Shown piece after piece: positions 36,169 to 49,358 of a stretch of 64,000 bases of DNA (position 1 is the first letter of the stretch; every line of letters begins with the position of its first letter). The DNA is taken from contig NC_042997.1 of assembly GCF_006345805.1 (NCBI RefSeq), positions 66,836,001-66,900,000 on the forward strand, given 5' to 3'. The notes beneath the pieces were generated by a model, which saw nothing but the letters and a program-made list of their open reading frames with translations, searched no databases and was not told the origin of the DNA. The DNA comes from Octopus sinensis. Lineage: Eukaryota. Both the position numbers and the translations under genes were made by a program.

Positions 36169-38842
36169 CTCTAGAACAACATGGTCAGAAACAACCGTTT
36201 AAACCAATAATAAACTAAATCTATGAATTTGTAACTAGAAACTGTTATTTCTAACAATAAAATGTATCACCAATCTCATCTACTCCAACCAAAGAGGAGA
36301 TAATTGAACAAGATGATAAAGGTTTTCTTGGGTATGAAAAGATCTAATATTAAACTTTAAGAGAGAGAGAGAGAGAGAGAGACGGGGGGAAACTGACAAT
36401 TTAAACATATGAAAATGAAAAGCAATTATTTTAAGATCTCATAAACTTGGTTGTTTGGTCAGCAATACAGTAGATGACTCAAAGAGTTGATGGAAAAAAT
36501 TATATTTGACATTAGAAAAAACAAGTCAAGATCAATAAATTTAAGATAATTACTCTGAACTTACTGCTAATTTCATAAAGAATTTTCTTTTTAACTTACT
36601 CAAAAGATATTAAAAGTAAGTTATTGGGTGAACATAAGCAAAGAAAGAGACAACTTTGTAGTCAAAGTTTTGAAGAGCAGAAAGCCAAAAAGGTTTGAAT
36701 TGAATTTGACTCTGCTGAAGCCATGCTTATTATGGTCACTGAAAGCAGAAAGACAATTAAGGACAAAATTCATAATTATTTAACTGTTTAGATGGCCATT
36801 CCAGGCCCAAATATTCTACATGTATAATGTTCAAACTGACCAAATTCAGTCTCTTACAACTACTATACAATGTCATTCTAAGAATACACTATCACATCAT
36901 TGAAATCTACAGGTAGCAAGATAATGAATGATTAATTCAAACCAATTTGTATAAATAAACATTACATTTAACAGAATAATTTGAATGCTAAAGGGTTAAA
37001 TCAATCAACATAAGGATCTGAGAAAATTCCCCTCTTTTCTATCTTAATTATGGTTTATCATTGCTTGGATTTTCAGGACTCATAGGGACAGTTACCCAGT
37101 TTCTATGGAGTATAAGTGACCAAGTATAACATTCCACCTGAATGGAAAACAAACTCTGTTGCAGAGTTACTAATTTACAGTTGAATGGACTAGAGCAATG
37201 TGAAATTAAAGTGTTTTTTCTCAAAAGCACAATGCATCACCTGGTCTGTGAATTGAAAACATGATCTTGCAATCATGAGTGCAACACTCCAACTGCTAGG
37301 TCATGTGTCTTCACTCCCTCTCTTAAGCATGAGAAATATCATCTTCAGCCCCACATTTGGTAAGACTGAAGATCAACCCAGGAGCACAGCTCAAGAACAA
37401 TGACAAGAATGTTGTCTGGACTACTTCATTCAACTTAAATAACCAATGATATTCTACATTCAGTGGTTGTGTATCAGTGGACCTAAAGATATGTCAGAAA
37501 AGGAGTTCAGGTTAGAGTTGGGAGACAAAGGCAGGCAGTGAATAGGTATTGCTTACAGGGCATAATTATCTGAAGATAAAACGAAGATAGGAGAGTAAGC
37601 CATTTGATGCCGTGTGAGGCTCTGCTGAATTTTGAATCATTGTGTTCTAGACCATGGTTTTCTACTGCCATAATAGGCATTACCTGCAAACATGGGTCAA
37701 CCAATCAGATTGACTTGTATGTAAACAAGTGGATTGAAATCTTCCTGCTAAATAGTCTAGTCATATTTTCTAGAAACCATATTGTCATAAGAAGCTGGCA
37801 AACTGAACCCTAGGCAGAGCCACCTAGAAGTCTTTACAAAGCCCTGTCACTCTACTCTGTAAAATGGCCTCTTACCCTCTTCTATGTTTCCTTACAGAAT
37901 GATATCTGGCACTACATGGAACTAAATTATTCAGTTGCGTAGTAGATGCTTTCACTCTCTTTACTTGTTCTGCTGAGAATGACCTGAAGTGTAACTAGAA
38001 GCTATACCAGTGTTTTCATTCTGTCTGCTTTATCTCTTCTCAGTAACTATGAACTGTTTTCAATATTATTCAGTATATTATGCCACGAAAACTTGAACTT
38101 ATTCCATTTTGATATCTCTTGAAGGCTGTTCTGCTTATTCAACTGTAATATATATATATATATATATATGTAAATGTTTCGGTTTAATAAAAATGTATGA
38201 GAATCACAGGAATATTAGAGTGGTAATTACGAATGTAACATGTAACTCACCCAATGTTATTTATCAATAACTATGTAACAACCCTAATACAACACTTTAA
38301 ATGTAACTAATAGGCAATTGAAATTTCTTGATGTTTTAGTGTGGGGTTTTAATCATTAATTGTTTGTTGGTAGTTCACAATGTATGATGACAATGACCAC
38401 ACTAAGTGGCGTTTTCATGTATTTTCATTCTTCCATATTGTTTATAGTTACACCTGTACATGGATTTGGTAGAGGGAAACTGAAAGAAGCCTGCCACACT
38501 ATATATATGTGTGTGTTTGCATGGCGACCAGTGTTGGTTTGTTTATGTCCCTGTAACTTAGCAGTTTGGAAAAGGGACCAATAGAATAAGTACCAGGCTT
38601 AAAAATAAAAAGTATTGGTGTTGTTTCATTTGATTAAAAATTCTTCAATGTGGAGCACCAGTATGGCCACAGTCTAATGACTGAAATAAGTAATAGGTAA
38701 AAAAATAAATAAAAAAGATAATAGTAATACAGCATGTTAGATAATACTATGAAAGTACTTCATAATCATTGAAGACAAAATAAGTAGAAAGAAAACTACT
38801 TCATGTAAGTGATGTGTGCACTTACAGCTTAAGGTTGATACC

Positions 38843-39760
38843 TTAAGGCCCTTTGTCACCAGCAGAGGTAGGAGCTCTCTGAACTTTGCCCAGGTTATTC
38901 TTATTCTAGCAGCTACACTCCCAGAGCATCCAGCCCTGCTATTGACTTGGTCACCTAGGTAACGGAAGCTATCAACTACTAGTTTTTCCTCCTGGCATGT
39001 GATGGAAGCTGTGTTCTGCACTTTCAGTGTTTATTGCCCCTGAGCATTTTCGACATACAAAAACTATCTTCCCAGTTAGCTTACACTGGGTACATCTTAT
39101 GGAGTTTCTACCTATGCCTTTTCCACAGATCGAGTAGGGTCATCCACCTGAAGGGATTTGTGATTTGTCTGCCTTCCTACTTATTAAGACTTTGGTTTTT
39201 GCTAGATTGACTCTAAGGCCCTTCAATTCTAGACATTGCTTCCACACCTGAAACTTCTGAGGTTCTGATAGTGACTCAGCTATTAGAGCAAGGTCATCAG
39301 CATAGCGAAGCTCCCAGGGGTATCCTGTCTTGAATTCCTCTGTTATTGCTTGGAGGACTGATCCTTGGTGGATCCCTACCCCTACCTGGAATTCTTCACT
39401 ATACTTGTTGCCAACCCTCACCTTACTGACAGCATCTCTGTACAAGGCTGGTACAGCTCTCACAAACCACTCGTCTATCTCTAGTTTCTACATTGACCAT
39501 CAGATAAAGGATTGGGGGACCCTGTCAACAGAAGCCAGGTACAGATGTTTATCTTTGGCTAGGTATTTGTCCTACAGCTGTCTTACCAGAAATATAGCAT
39601 CAGTGGTGCTTTTCCCTAGCGCAAACCCAAACTGCATCTCGTCTAAATTGACTCTCTCCCTAATTAGTTGGGCTATGACCCTCTCCATGACTTTCATTAC
39701 CTGATCCAACAACTTGATATCTCTATAATTATTCGTATCTAATGCATCACCTTTACCTTG
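38843..39760 (-). mobile_element. RTE family A, older internally deleted RT fragment
   Basis: Colinear with 57228-58235, with deletions; encodes ELRYADDLALIAE. Confidence 0.9.
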
Positions 39761-41499
39761 TATTAAAAATCGACGATACCTTTGGGAAAATAGGCAACTC
39801 CCGCCCCAACAAATTAGATGTTTAGAAAATCTAGCTTTTCAATGCCGTAAATCTTTTCGTTAATCTTCATTTAGGGACATTATCTAAGATTATCTTTAAC
39901 GTAACGTGCAAACTCGTTGATGACATGGATTGTCGCTTAAGCCAATGAAATTTCATCTGCACTGACTACGCAGTTTATATTATCGATATCGCATGGAACA
40001 TTCCTAGCACGTGGAATGTGATATCATTTGGATAACTCTACTACGAATAGAATGTATAAACATCAGGCATCTCTGAAGGTTTGAAAAAGCTGAGTGATAT
40101 TTATTTAGTCAAGTTGTGCGCTTCGCCAGGTCTTGCGGCTCGCGGAAGTAGGTGTTTAATAAGGAGATAACAAAAACAAATACTTCGTGAAGTTTTCAAT
40201 AGAAATTCCACTGAATAAATATGAAATCTTAACAAAAAAAACAACAACAACAATATGATGAGTAAATATGTGACAAGGGAGAAGAAGGAAAGAGATAAGG
40301 AGAAAAACAGTGGGAGGGAGATACGAAGGAAAGAGAGAGTTGGAATATATGAAAAAAGATAGAAAAATGAATAAAGGGGAGGAATAATGAGAGAGAGGAC
40401 AGAGAATAAGTGGTAGCCATTTGTTGAAATAGGAACTACTTTAGTACTATAGATGTGTGTGAATATGTATTGAATAAAAAGATAGAATTTGTAATTGAGT
40501 TTTAAAATATAACTATGTATCTGTGTGTATAAAATATATATATGTGTGTATAAAAAAATATATATATATATGTATGTGTACATACATATATATATATATG
40601 TATGTGTGTGTATAAATCTGAGTGTGTTTACTTTCAGTTGCATTAATTAAAGAGACTAGACCCTGAATTGTCAATAATTATAGTCAGAAGTGAAAGTTTT
40701 ATGATATACGGGCGTTAACGGAAAATAGTTCGTTAAGTTAAATACAAGGAAGATCCATCAGTTTTGTGGGGGGAAATTTAGAGTATTTACAAAACCAGCA
40801 TCGCGAATTTAAAACATTTTGAACCAGGAAGTAAAATGTAAGCTTAGCAAGGAAAGTGGGGTCGACACAGCTTCCACTCACTATTGAAACTTCTTTGCTG
40901 TCACTAATGCCCTTGAGAGAGAGAGAGAAAAAAAAAAAAAAACGAATGTCATGACAACCTTAAACCCCTTCTATTCTGTATAAACCTCATTTTGTGAACG
41001 TAAGAGCAAAGAATTGATTTACTATAGAAAATAATTACTGTGAGTGAAAAAAAGAAAGCGACTTCTGCTATTGAATTTGCAATGAAATATTAACGAGATG
41101 GAGATCATTAAATTTTTAGTAGTGTTTAGCCGTAGGTAAACTTTGAGTGAAGGCATTCCATCCCCTCCTTTTTACAGGTATATAGGACTACATTAATTAA
41201 TGTGTCGTCCTGTCCTTGTATAAGATAGTAAGGCATGATTAGGAGATTTGGCTATTATTTCTTGCAAGTTGAATGACACCGACTCCCTCGTTGGGTCGCA
41301 TAATCACGACAGGGTGTCAGTTTCTCTGACTTGTTCACACCCAACTTAATAACATACATACACATGCGCGCATATATATTGTCAGAACGATGAAACTATT
41401 TATACAGATAGTTCTGTAATATTACTTATAAGAAAAAAAATAATGATGCCAGAGTGAAAAAAAAAAGGGTTCATAAGTGAAACAATTTCTAAATACCTG

Positions 41500-41880
41500 A
41501 GAAGGGAGGGAGGAGGGAAGATAGAGAGATTAGATGAAGCTTCAAGATAAATAGTTCTTTGGCTTGACTGACGTCATCGTTTATTGAGTTTGATGTAGCA
41601 GTGTCGTCATGAGTAAGAAATACGTAGGAGTGTTTTACAGCTCTCCGCGTAGTAATAACTATTAGAGGAGGTGAAACACTTCAACAACCACAGCACAAAT
41701 TTGGTGTACATACGCGTTGCTGTGTTTTTTTTTATATCTCTTCCTTCTCCACAGCGATACGAGAGAAAAAGGGAGAAGCATCATAGTTGGAGAGAGGAGT
41801 GAAAGCAAAAAGATAGAGGGGGAGAGAGAGAGTAAGAGGAAGAAAAGAGGGGGAGGAGGATTGAGTTGTATGGCGGCGTT
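41500..41880. promoter_or_regulatory. Putative promoter / 5' UTR
   Basis: Local CpG retention, perfect CRE TGACGTCA at 41569-41576, GA-rich tracts, and YY1-like ATGGCGGCG at the start codon. Confidence 0.5.
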
Positions 41881-41975
41881 GTGCTGTGACGCTGTAGTTG
41901 ACGTGGCCACTACGTATTCTGCTAATTTATCCACTCCGATTGCGGCAAAGTTGGTGACGAAAAGTACGTTAACTG
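41870..41975 (+). CDS. Probable first coding exon of an unidentified gene
   Basis: ATGGCGGCG start, MAALCCDAVVDVATTYSANLSTPIAAKLVTKSTLT, consensus donor G|GTAAGT (phase 1), in a CpG-rich setting. Confidence 0.55.
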
Positions 41976-44900
41976 GTAAGTAAGTACTCAGATTGAACTA
42001 AAACCCAATGCACCGCCACCACCACGATCACACAGAATAAACAGACCGTCAGAATAATATGAGATTACACGCGGTCGATTTCCTTCTTCCATAATATATA
42101 CATCCATCGTATAACCTAAAAAAAAAATCTTAAATATTTTAACCTAAATCTAAAAGTCAGGATTTTCATACGACTACCAAAACCCACCGAAAAGAAAACC
42201 AAAATATTAGATTATTATCTGTATATCTAAAAGAAATTGTATAAAATATGAAATCTTCGAAAAACCTGTTTCCTTTGCTCGTCTTGTGTTGGCTTAGCAA
42301 TGTTGAAGCAGCGGAAGGGTGTTCGACATGGAGACCAGTTGGCTGTCGGGCTTTTAATGGAAACTGATGACAGGCCAGCTATTTGCCTCTGACGAAGTCG
42401 ACAGAAACTGTCGACGTCTTCGACCGTTTTTGTTGATAGTATTGCTGTTATCATCACCACCACTATCATCATTATTATTCTTTATTCTTATAGTGCTGCT
42501 GCTGTTATAATTATTATTGTTGTTCTTGTTATTACTATACATTATCGTTATTATTGTCGTCGGTGTTAGTTTTGTTATGAATTATTAGAAGCCATTATTA
42601 TTATTACTATATCACTGTTGTTAGCATTACAACCCACGGCACAGGTTGTCTTCTTGTTGGCGATTTCTTTACATTATATTATATTATTATTTATTTTACG
42701 TCTCTGCTTCCTTACATTTGTTTGTATTGGTTGCTAATGTGGAGTCAATGCAATCAAATATCATCTCCTGGCTGAACAAAATAACAACCCAGCATCTATG
42801 AAAATATCCTTACCAACTTATTAACATTTCAGAATAGTTGTTTCCTTTTCTTTTTTTTGCGCATATTCTTTTAATTCAGTGTCTTTTTTTCCCCTCACAA
42901 ACTGATTGTATCCAATACTATGTCTAATATATGTATGTATTTATATGTGTATGCAGTCTGCATACATGGTGTGTATATTTTATCGGTGTGTTTTTACTTT
43001 CCCTTACTGATGGTATGTTAAACTAATACATTTCCAGTCATCACATCTGTTAATCTCCAACCAGTTGCTGTCGTAATTCTTTCTATTATTCAGAATATCA
43101 TTATGTTGTTGATAGTATATATATATATATATATATAATGCAACAACAAAAACAGGCGAAAAGGAATTGTAAATTACCACTAAACTTTTCTTCCATTAAA
43201 CCTAAAAGCCCTTATGTGTGTGATGACCCTCTCTGCTTGTTTAGTGGCCTCAATACTTTCATCATGGCTTTTCTAAATTAATTTTTCTCAAACCTAGATT
43301 AGTTCTGAACTGATGGATCTTAGGTTATTTGAGATTACTAGGAGATTCTGCAATGGGGGCTCTCTCTTTTACCTATTCTCATACCTTCTTTCATCTCTCT
43401 ATCTACCTATTATCTGTCTGGATCTCTGCTTCAATGGTTATACATCGTCGTTGTTCGATCAGGTGAATTATTGAATTCGTAAAAGCGACCTAGGATTGCT
43501 TAGACATTAGTATCCTTAATTCTCAGGTAGAATTAGCCTGACGAAGCTGGCCCTTTCAGTTAGTGGTACAGTCCATTCGACTTCTGCGGTTGGTGTACCT
43601 AGTTTTCATTCACAAGTCTTAGGTGAACTTTAGATCATGGTAAGAGACACATGCTGACTATGTCACGTAATGAGATCGACTGTGAGACCCACTGCGAAGC
43701 GAACTTCTCAACCATCTCGGTCATCTCTGTGCCTATCTTACCAATTGGGAAACCTCTATGCGGGTCGTGCGACCTGCAAGAAATGGAATCCAGGTCTCCT
43801 TCCACTCGGACTCTGCTGTTTCAAATTAGGAAGGACACGTTGTATAGTGGAAAAGAAAAAAAAGTGGCTCTTGCTAAATTACCAGCAAGCGCAATCTTAT
43901 GAATTAACAGCTGAGTGTTTATGTAAATACTATCAATATATATGTATTGTGGCATATATTTCAGTAACGTGTTGACGAAGGTAGAAGCTCAGGAATGCCC
44001 GAGTAAACACGCCAAACACAAACATCTCTGTCTGTCTACATTTCTGGAGACCTTCAACAAACTGTTTATCTGAAGAACGCAGTTTCGTGTGGGATCAAAT
44101 ATAATCAGTATTTTGGGGGCATTTAATACCTGTAAAGCTAAAGTGATGTCTTTTAATGGGGATTATTATTATTAGCCAGTGTTTTGTCTCCCTCTTTTTA
44201 AAATAAAAAATAAGAAATCCGTCAGATAACACTTTCTGAAATTTGAATTTTTTTTTTTCAATTTTCGGATCAGACCTGATCGAACATAGTTAATGGTCAA
44301 AGCTCATGACGTTACAACCACGACCATTTCTTTCTTTTTTTTTTTTAAATGGTAGGGTATGAGTTGAAGGCAGTTTGGCTGTTATTTCTAACAGGTCGAA
44401 TGACCGTATTGGGTTCTCCTTCGTTGGCTGGTGATGTGTGTTGATATGAAAAGTAGTCTGTGACTGATATATTTTAATGGCAGTGGAGTACAGCTTACTG
44501 TGTAGTGTGTATCTTGTTTGTGTTCACGTGTATAACTTGGAAAATTTCATGCATAGACTTTGTATATATATATATATTTTATTCTTTTAATGGTTTCAGT
44601 CATAGGACTGCGGCCTTACATACACGCTCGCACACACATATGTGGCATACCTACATATATAATGGATATATATATATCGTATATAATGTGCATTAATGTA
44701 TAACCTATAACAGATATTTTCTCTATCTATATAATGTATGCCAATGATATAGCTGATGATTGTGTAGTTAACCGTGGACACCGAAGGTAGTTCTAACTAC
44801 AAGTTGACAGGGTGACTCAGTCAACGTTAAATGTTGTGATCGTAGGAGGGAAGCGAAACCAAGACGTGGGTGTGCGGTGTTGGTAACGTGAGTCATAACG

Positions 44901-45129
44901 TGTGTGCGTGTAGAGAGAGAGAGAGAGAGAGAGAAACCTAAAGGATTCTGAGTCAGCATTGAAAATATTAAATTGTGAGAGAAAAACGGACAAATTAAGA
45001 AATTTCTCAGCTCTACACACCTGAAAAGAATATTGTACACAACAGATCGATTTAATTTCTGTTGTCCTCTGAGTGCTTTAATCTGCCGGTTCTACTTGAT
45101 AAATTTTACTTAAGTCGAGTCGAACACAT

Positions 45130-46450
45130 CATGTGTAGTTATCTGATGGGTTGTAAATTTATCATCATTTAAAAAGGTTCTCATGTCTCTGTGAAGAAGA
45201 TGCTCATCCATTTTACGAACTTTACAGCGTATTTTTTTCACCTCATAGGTCAGCGTGTTTATACATCTATCGGTGCTGATACAAACCGGCCACTGAACTA
45301 GTAATGGGGCGGGTGGTAGGTATGTAGGGTAGCAATTACTGTGTTGTTACGTTTTCGACAGTTTCTAGCGTGTCATTTCGAGGGCTGAACTTAACGGCTG
45401 TGTGAGTTGCTTAAACTTAAGCCGCTAAATTTGAAATACCAGTCAGACTGCTGTTAACAGGTGGACACAGCAGTCTATAAGTAGACACATAAGAGTGGGA
45501 CAAGCGGCGATAGCTTTTTAAATCTTCTTGATCATCATTGTTATGATGCAAGATGGTATTTGACGCTTTCCACTTTGAGGCTATTTTACCCTTTTTTAGA
45601 TGGCGATTGAACAAGGCTTTTCAACAGCTCTTCCCCTTTGCATCTTAACATCTTTAGTGTAAAGCCATCTTTCCCAGGAACTTTCTTTTCATCAGTTTGA
45701 AAGCATTTTCAATTTCACTGATCATATTAGGTGAAATGTCCAACATTTGTGGTTGTGGGGGACCGAGCTTCACTGATGATTTAAAAAGGTCGGTGTGGCA
45801 GGTTTGGCGGAGGTAAAGAATATGTACACCACCCTTTTTTGGCGTAATAAAAAACGTCACCCTAACCTCCGGATGTACGTAATCTTTACTTTCATCGCAG
45901 GTTTTACACCTCCTCCATCTCCCTTTGTCTGTCATCCTGCGCCCATCCTTGTTCTTAAGCATCATTACCTCCGACCTATAGAGTACCAACCTTCTGCATA
46001 TTTTAAAACTTTTCCTTTCCTCTGCAACTTGCATCAATTGCTTCAGTCTGTGAATCACGAAGGCATTTTTTTAGATATTGTCTGATCGCTTTGCAGAGAA
46101 TGAAATTACTCGAGGTGATCTTCCGTCAGGCTCCCGCTGGCTTGCAAGTTTTGCTTTCCATATTCAGTTTTTAAATTTCTGGACTAGCAAATTGTAGTCC
46201 TCATCGAGCTCCCAAATCTCCTTCTTGATAGCTTCCTGTAACTGCATCACATCAAAGACCTTGACGCGTTGATTCTTCATTGAGGTGTGCAGAGCCTTTT
46301 TCTCTCTGATTTCATTATCATGATCTTTGTGTTGAATGGCGCTACTACTGAGACGTCTTGCAGTATGCGCCTTTTATCGACCAAGATATTGTCAATTTCA
46401 TTTTTCTGTTGAGCTTTTAGGGTTATCCATGTCCATTCCCTTCCAGGTTG
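45130..46450 (-). mobile_element. Degenerate RTE LINE (APE and RT remnants) of a distinct family
   Basis: [39 protein letters not shown] and DLKSYR motifs. Confidence 0.8.
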
Positions 46451-46527
46451 ATTCCTGGAAGCTGTTCCCAATGTAGTCTTTTTGTTTCTATCATGGTCAC
46501 CAAAAGTTCTCTTTTGTTTCAGCATAT

Positions 46528-46531
46528 ATGC

Positions 46532-46588
<57 letters not shown>

Positions 46589-46669
46589 TTTATATGTATA
46601 TAATATGTATATAAATATTTGCGTGTGTGTGTATGTATGTATGTGTATATGTATTATGTGTTTGTATGC

Positions 46670-46701
<32 letters not shown>

Positions 46702-46770
46702 GTATATAAATATTTGCGTGTGTGTATGTATGTATGTATGTGTATATGTATTATGTGTTTGTATGTATGT
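46528..46770. repeat. Compound (GT)n/(TA)n/(GTAT)n microsatellite with higher-order repetition
   Basis: The block TATAAATATTTGCGTGTGTGT..GTATTATGTGTTTGTAT is directly repeated. Confidence 0.9.
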
Positions 46771-46899
46771 ATAATCAGTGGCACATGGTGGTTGTTGTAT
46801 TGGGTGTGCTGCCACACCCATTGCTCCCAAATTTCAAGCAGGGATATAACAAAAATTTTCCATTGAGATTTGTGATTAAATTAATGAGCAAGGTTAATA

Positions 46900-47040
46900 T
46901 TAGGTTGTCCCAAAAGTTCGTAAACACTTGCGAAAATTGAATTTTTACTCGCCAAGTACTAACAGAAACAACAAAAATTATTCCTCAAAATAAAGACCAT
47001 TATTTTCCAAGACTTTCTACGAACTTTTGGGACAACCTTA
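46900..47040. mobile_element. Mariner MITE
   Basis: TIRs AGGTTGTCCCAAAAGTTCGTA / TACGAACTTTTGGGACAACCT with TA flanks. Confidence 0.85.
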
Positions 47041-47089
47041 TATTTATAATGAATTTACCATTTTCAATGCATGTGCAGCACACACCTAA

Positions 47090-47385
47090 CACATCATCAT
47101 CATTGTTCGACCGTGGTCGAGACAATGAAATTTACCATGCTACGCCAGACTTCACGGTCCATCATGGCATTATGGAGGTCCTGTTGCTGGATGCCTGTAT
47201 CCCTGGAGATTACATCAGGGTAGGAGAGTGTGCGCCCTCTGGTATTGCGAGTAGATGGCTTCCAGAGGAGAAGAGTAGAAATTACTCCTTTTTCAGCTCT
47301 ACAACAATGTCCAGCAAACTGGACTCTCCTACCTTTCACAAGAGATGACACAGGTGGTAGTTTCCTAGCACACCCGGAATATATG
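47090..47385 (-). mobile_element. RTE-like LINE 3' end
   Basis: RRVQFAGHCCR..LLLWKP..RGR..Y.DVI.RDTG..AM.DR.VWR, followed by a (TGA)n tail. Confidence 0.8.
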
Positions 47386-47418
47386 CCCCTGATATATATG
47401 TGTATATAAGAATGTGTG

Positions 47419-47459
<41 letters not shown>

Positions 47460-47465
<6 letters not shown>

Positions 47466-47905
47466 CGTCCACTCGTGACTGAGGAAAACCATTGCCGACC
47501 TTCAGGAACATTGTGTGCTCTAGGACTAACTTATATTTTGCATTTGCGGCTCCGTTAGTGGCTAATGAGCCCTGCTCTTGACAAGCATACACGACTGCAA
47601 ACATTGCAGACCAAGCTTTCCCCATTCACTATACGAGCCGTGTGCTTTCGCGCAGCTCGCTTAAGTTCTTCATGCTGGATACGTGCTCTCTCAAAAGTGT
47701 CGATCCCCTCTTTAACCTGCTTCCTCCATCTGTGGCGATGACAGGCATTGTTCTCCCAGTCAGTGACCTGCATATCACAGGGTTTTTGAGGACTTGACAC
47801 AGTCCTTAAATCGCAGCCTTGGTTTCTGCTGGAATCTCCTTCCATTCACAAGTTCTCCATAGAGCATCTGATTAGGAATCCTGCTATCCTTCATTCTAAT
47901 AAGGT
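47460..47905 (-). mobile_element. RTE LINE 3' fragment with C-terminal zinc finger
   Basis: RMKDSRIPNQMLYGEL..RFKD..CNVCSRVCLSRAGLISH. Confidence 0.8.
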
Positions 47906-47947
<42 letters not shown>

Positions 47948-48343
47948 TAAATTTGTGTGTGTATAGAATATATAAGGAGTTTTTGTCAACTGATGTAAAG
48001 TAATAGTTGACTATGAGTGCTCAGTTTGGTTTACCACTAAACTGGTTTGAACTGTAATTGAAAGTATGATGGCTAGAAGTTGTTTGTCCTTGAGCAGATA
48101 GATATAAATTAGTATAATAATAAAATAGCAAAATGTTTGGCATCACTTGAAAAAGACATTTGATTTAGATAGAGAATAGAAACATATAGAGTCTCTTACA
48201 GCTATTTCTAGAATAGCCTAGCATGAGTAAAGATTCCATGAACTGAGTTTTCTGTTATCAGAGTGGGATAAGTCAGAGAGATGTAAAAATGAAGGGAATA
48301 TCCTCAGTTGGGGATAAAAAAATGCCTGTAAAAGATAATTATT

Positions 48344-49358
48344 AAGGTGCTGAACTGGCAAAACTGTTAGTATGCCAGGCAAATTGTTTAGCAATATTTT
48401 GTTTGTCTTTATGTTCTGAGTTCAAATCCTGCTGAGGTTGACTTTACCATTTGTCTGTTTGGGGTCAAAGAAATAAGTACTAGTTGAGCACTGGGGGTCA
48501 GTCAAATTGACTAACTCTATGTCTCCAAATTTCAGACCTTATTCCTATAGTAGAAAGAATTGTTATTAAAGTGGTGAGCTGGCTGAACTGTTAGCACACT
48601 GGACAAATAGCTTAGCATCTTAATGTCCCGAGTTCAAATTCCACTGAGGTCAACTTTACCTTTCATATTTTTGGGGTCAGTAAAAATAAATACCGTTCAA
48701 CAATGGGTTGATGTAATTGATTCCTCTCTCCCTTCAAAAGCCGATTGCCTTGTGCCAAGATTTGACACCATTATATAAGGTGGCAAACTGGCAGAATCTT
48801 TAGCGCACTGGACAAAATGTTCTGAGGTCATCTTTGCCTTTCAGTTTTTCAGCATTGATAAAATAAGTACCAGTTGAGTACTGGGTTGATGTTATCAACT
48901 TCCCCCTCCCAGAAACTTTCAGGTTTTGTGCCTGTAGTTGAAAGGATTAATGGTAGTAAGCTGGCAGAATCATTAGCTTGCCAAAGTGCTTAGTCACATT
49001 GTTTTTGGTATTATGTTCCGAGTTCAAAATTGGCCAAAATCGTTGTTGCCTTTCATCCTTTTGGGGTTGATAAAATTAGTACCAGTTGAGCACTGGAACT
49101 GATGTAATTAACTAGCCTCGTCTTCACAAATTTCAGACTTTGTGCCTGTAGTAGAAAGGATTCTTCTATTTACTATTATATTAGCAGCATTTCATCCATC
49201 TTTACTTTCTGAGTTCAAATTCTGCCAAGGTTGACTTTGCTTTTCATACTTTTGGGTTCCATAAAATAAGTACCAGTTGAGTACTGGGGGTCAATGTAAT
49301 TGATGTAGACCCTCCCACAAAATTGTTGGCCTTGTGCCTATAATAGAAAGGATTATTA
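48344..49358 (+). repeat. Head-to-tail array of five Nin-domain SINE copies
   Basis: Units begin at ~48344, 48570, 48778, 48950 and 49180, each with a GGGGTYGATAAAATAAGTACCAG-like core. Confidence 0.85.

Noticed and set aside
40101-40643. 180-aa hydrophobic ORF
   Set aside because: Translation of (TA)n/(GA)-rich low-complexity sequence.
42227-42542. Asn-rich minus ORFs and the small GTCGACAG-AAA-CTGTCGAC hairpin
   Set aside because: Trinucleotide low-complexity sequence without convincing splice support. An 8-bp stem alone is weak evidence.
46482-46940. Cys/Tyr/His-rich ORFs (also 63418-63964)
   Set aside because: Microsatellite translations.
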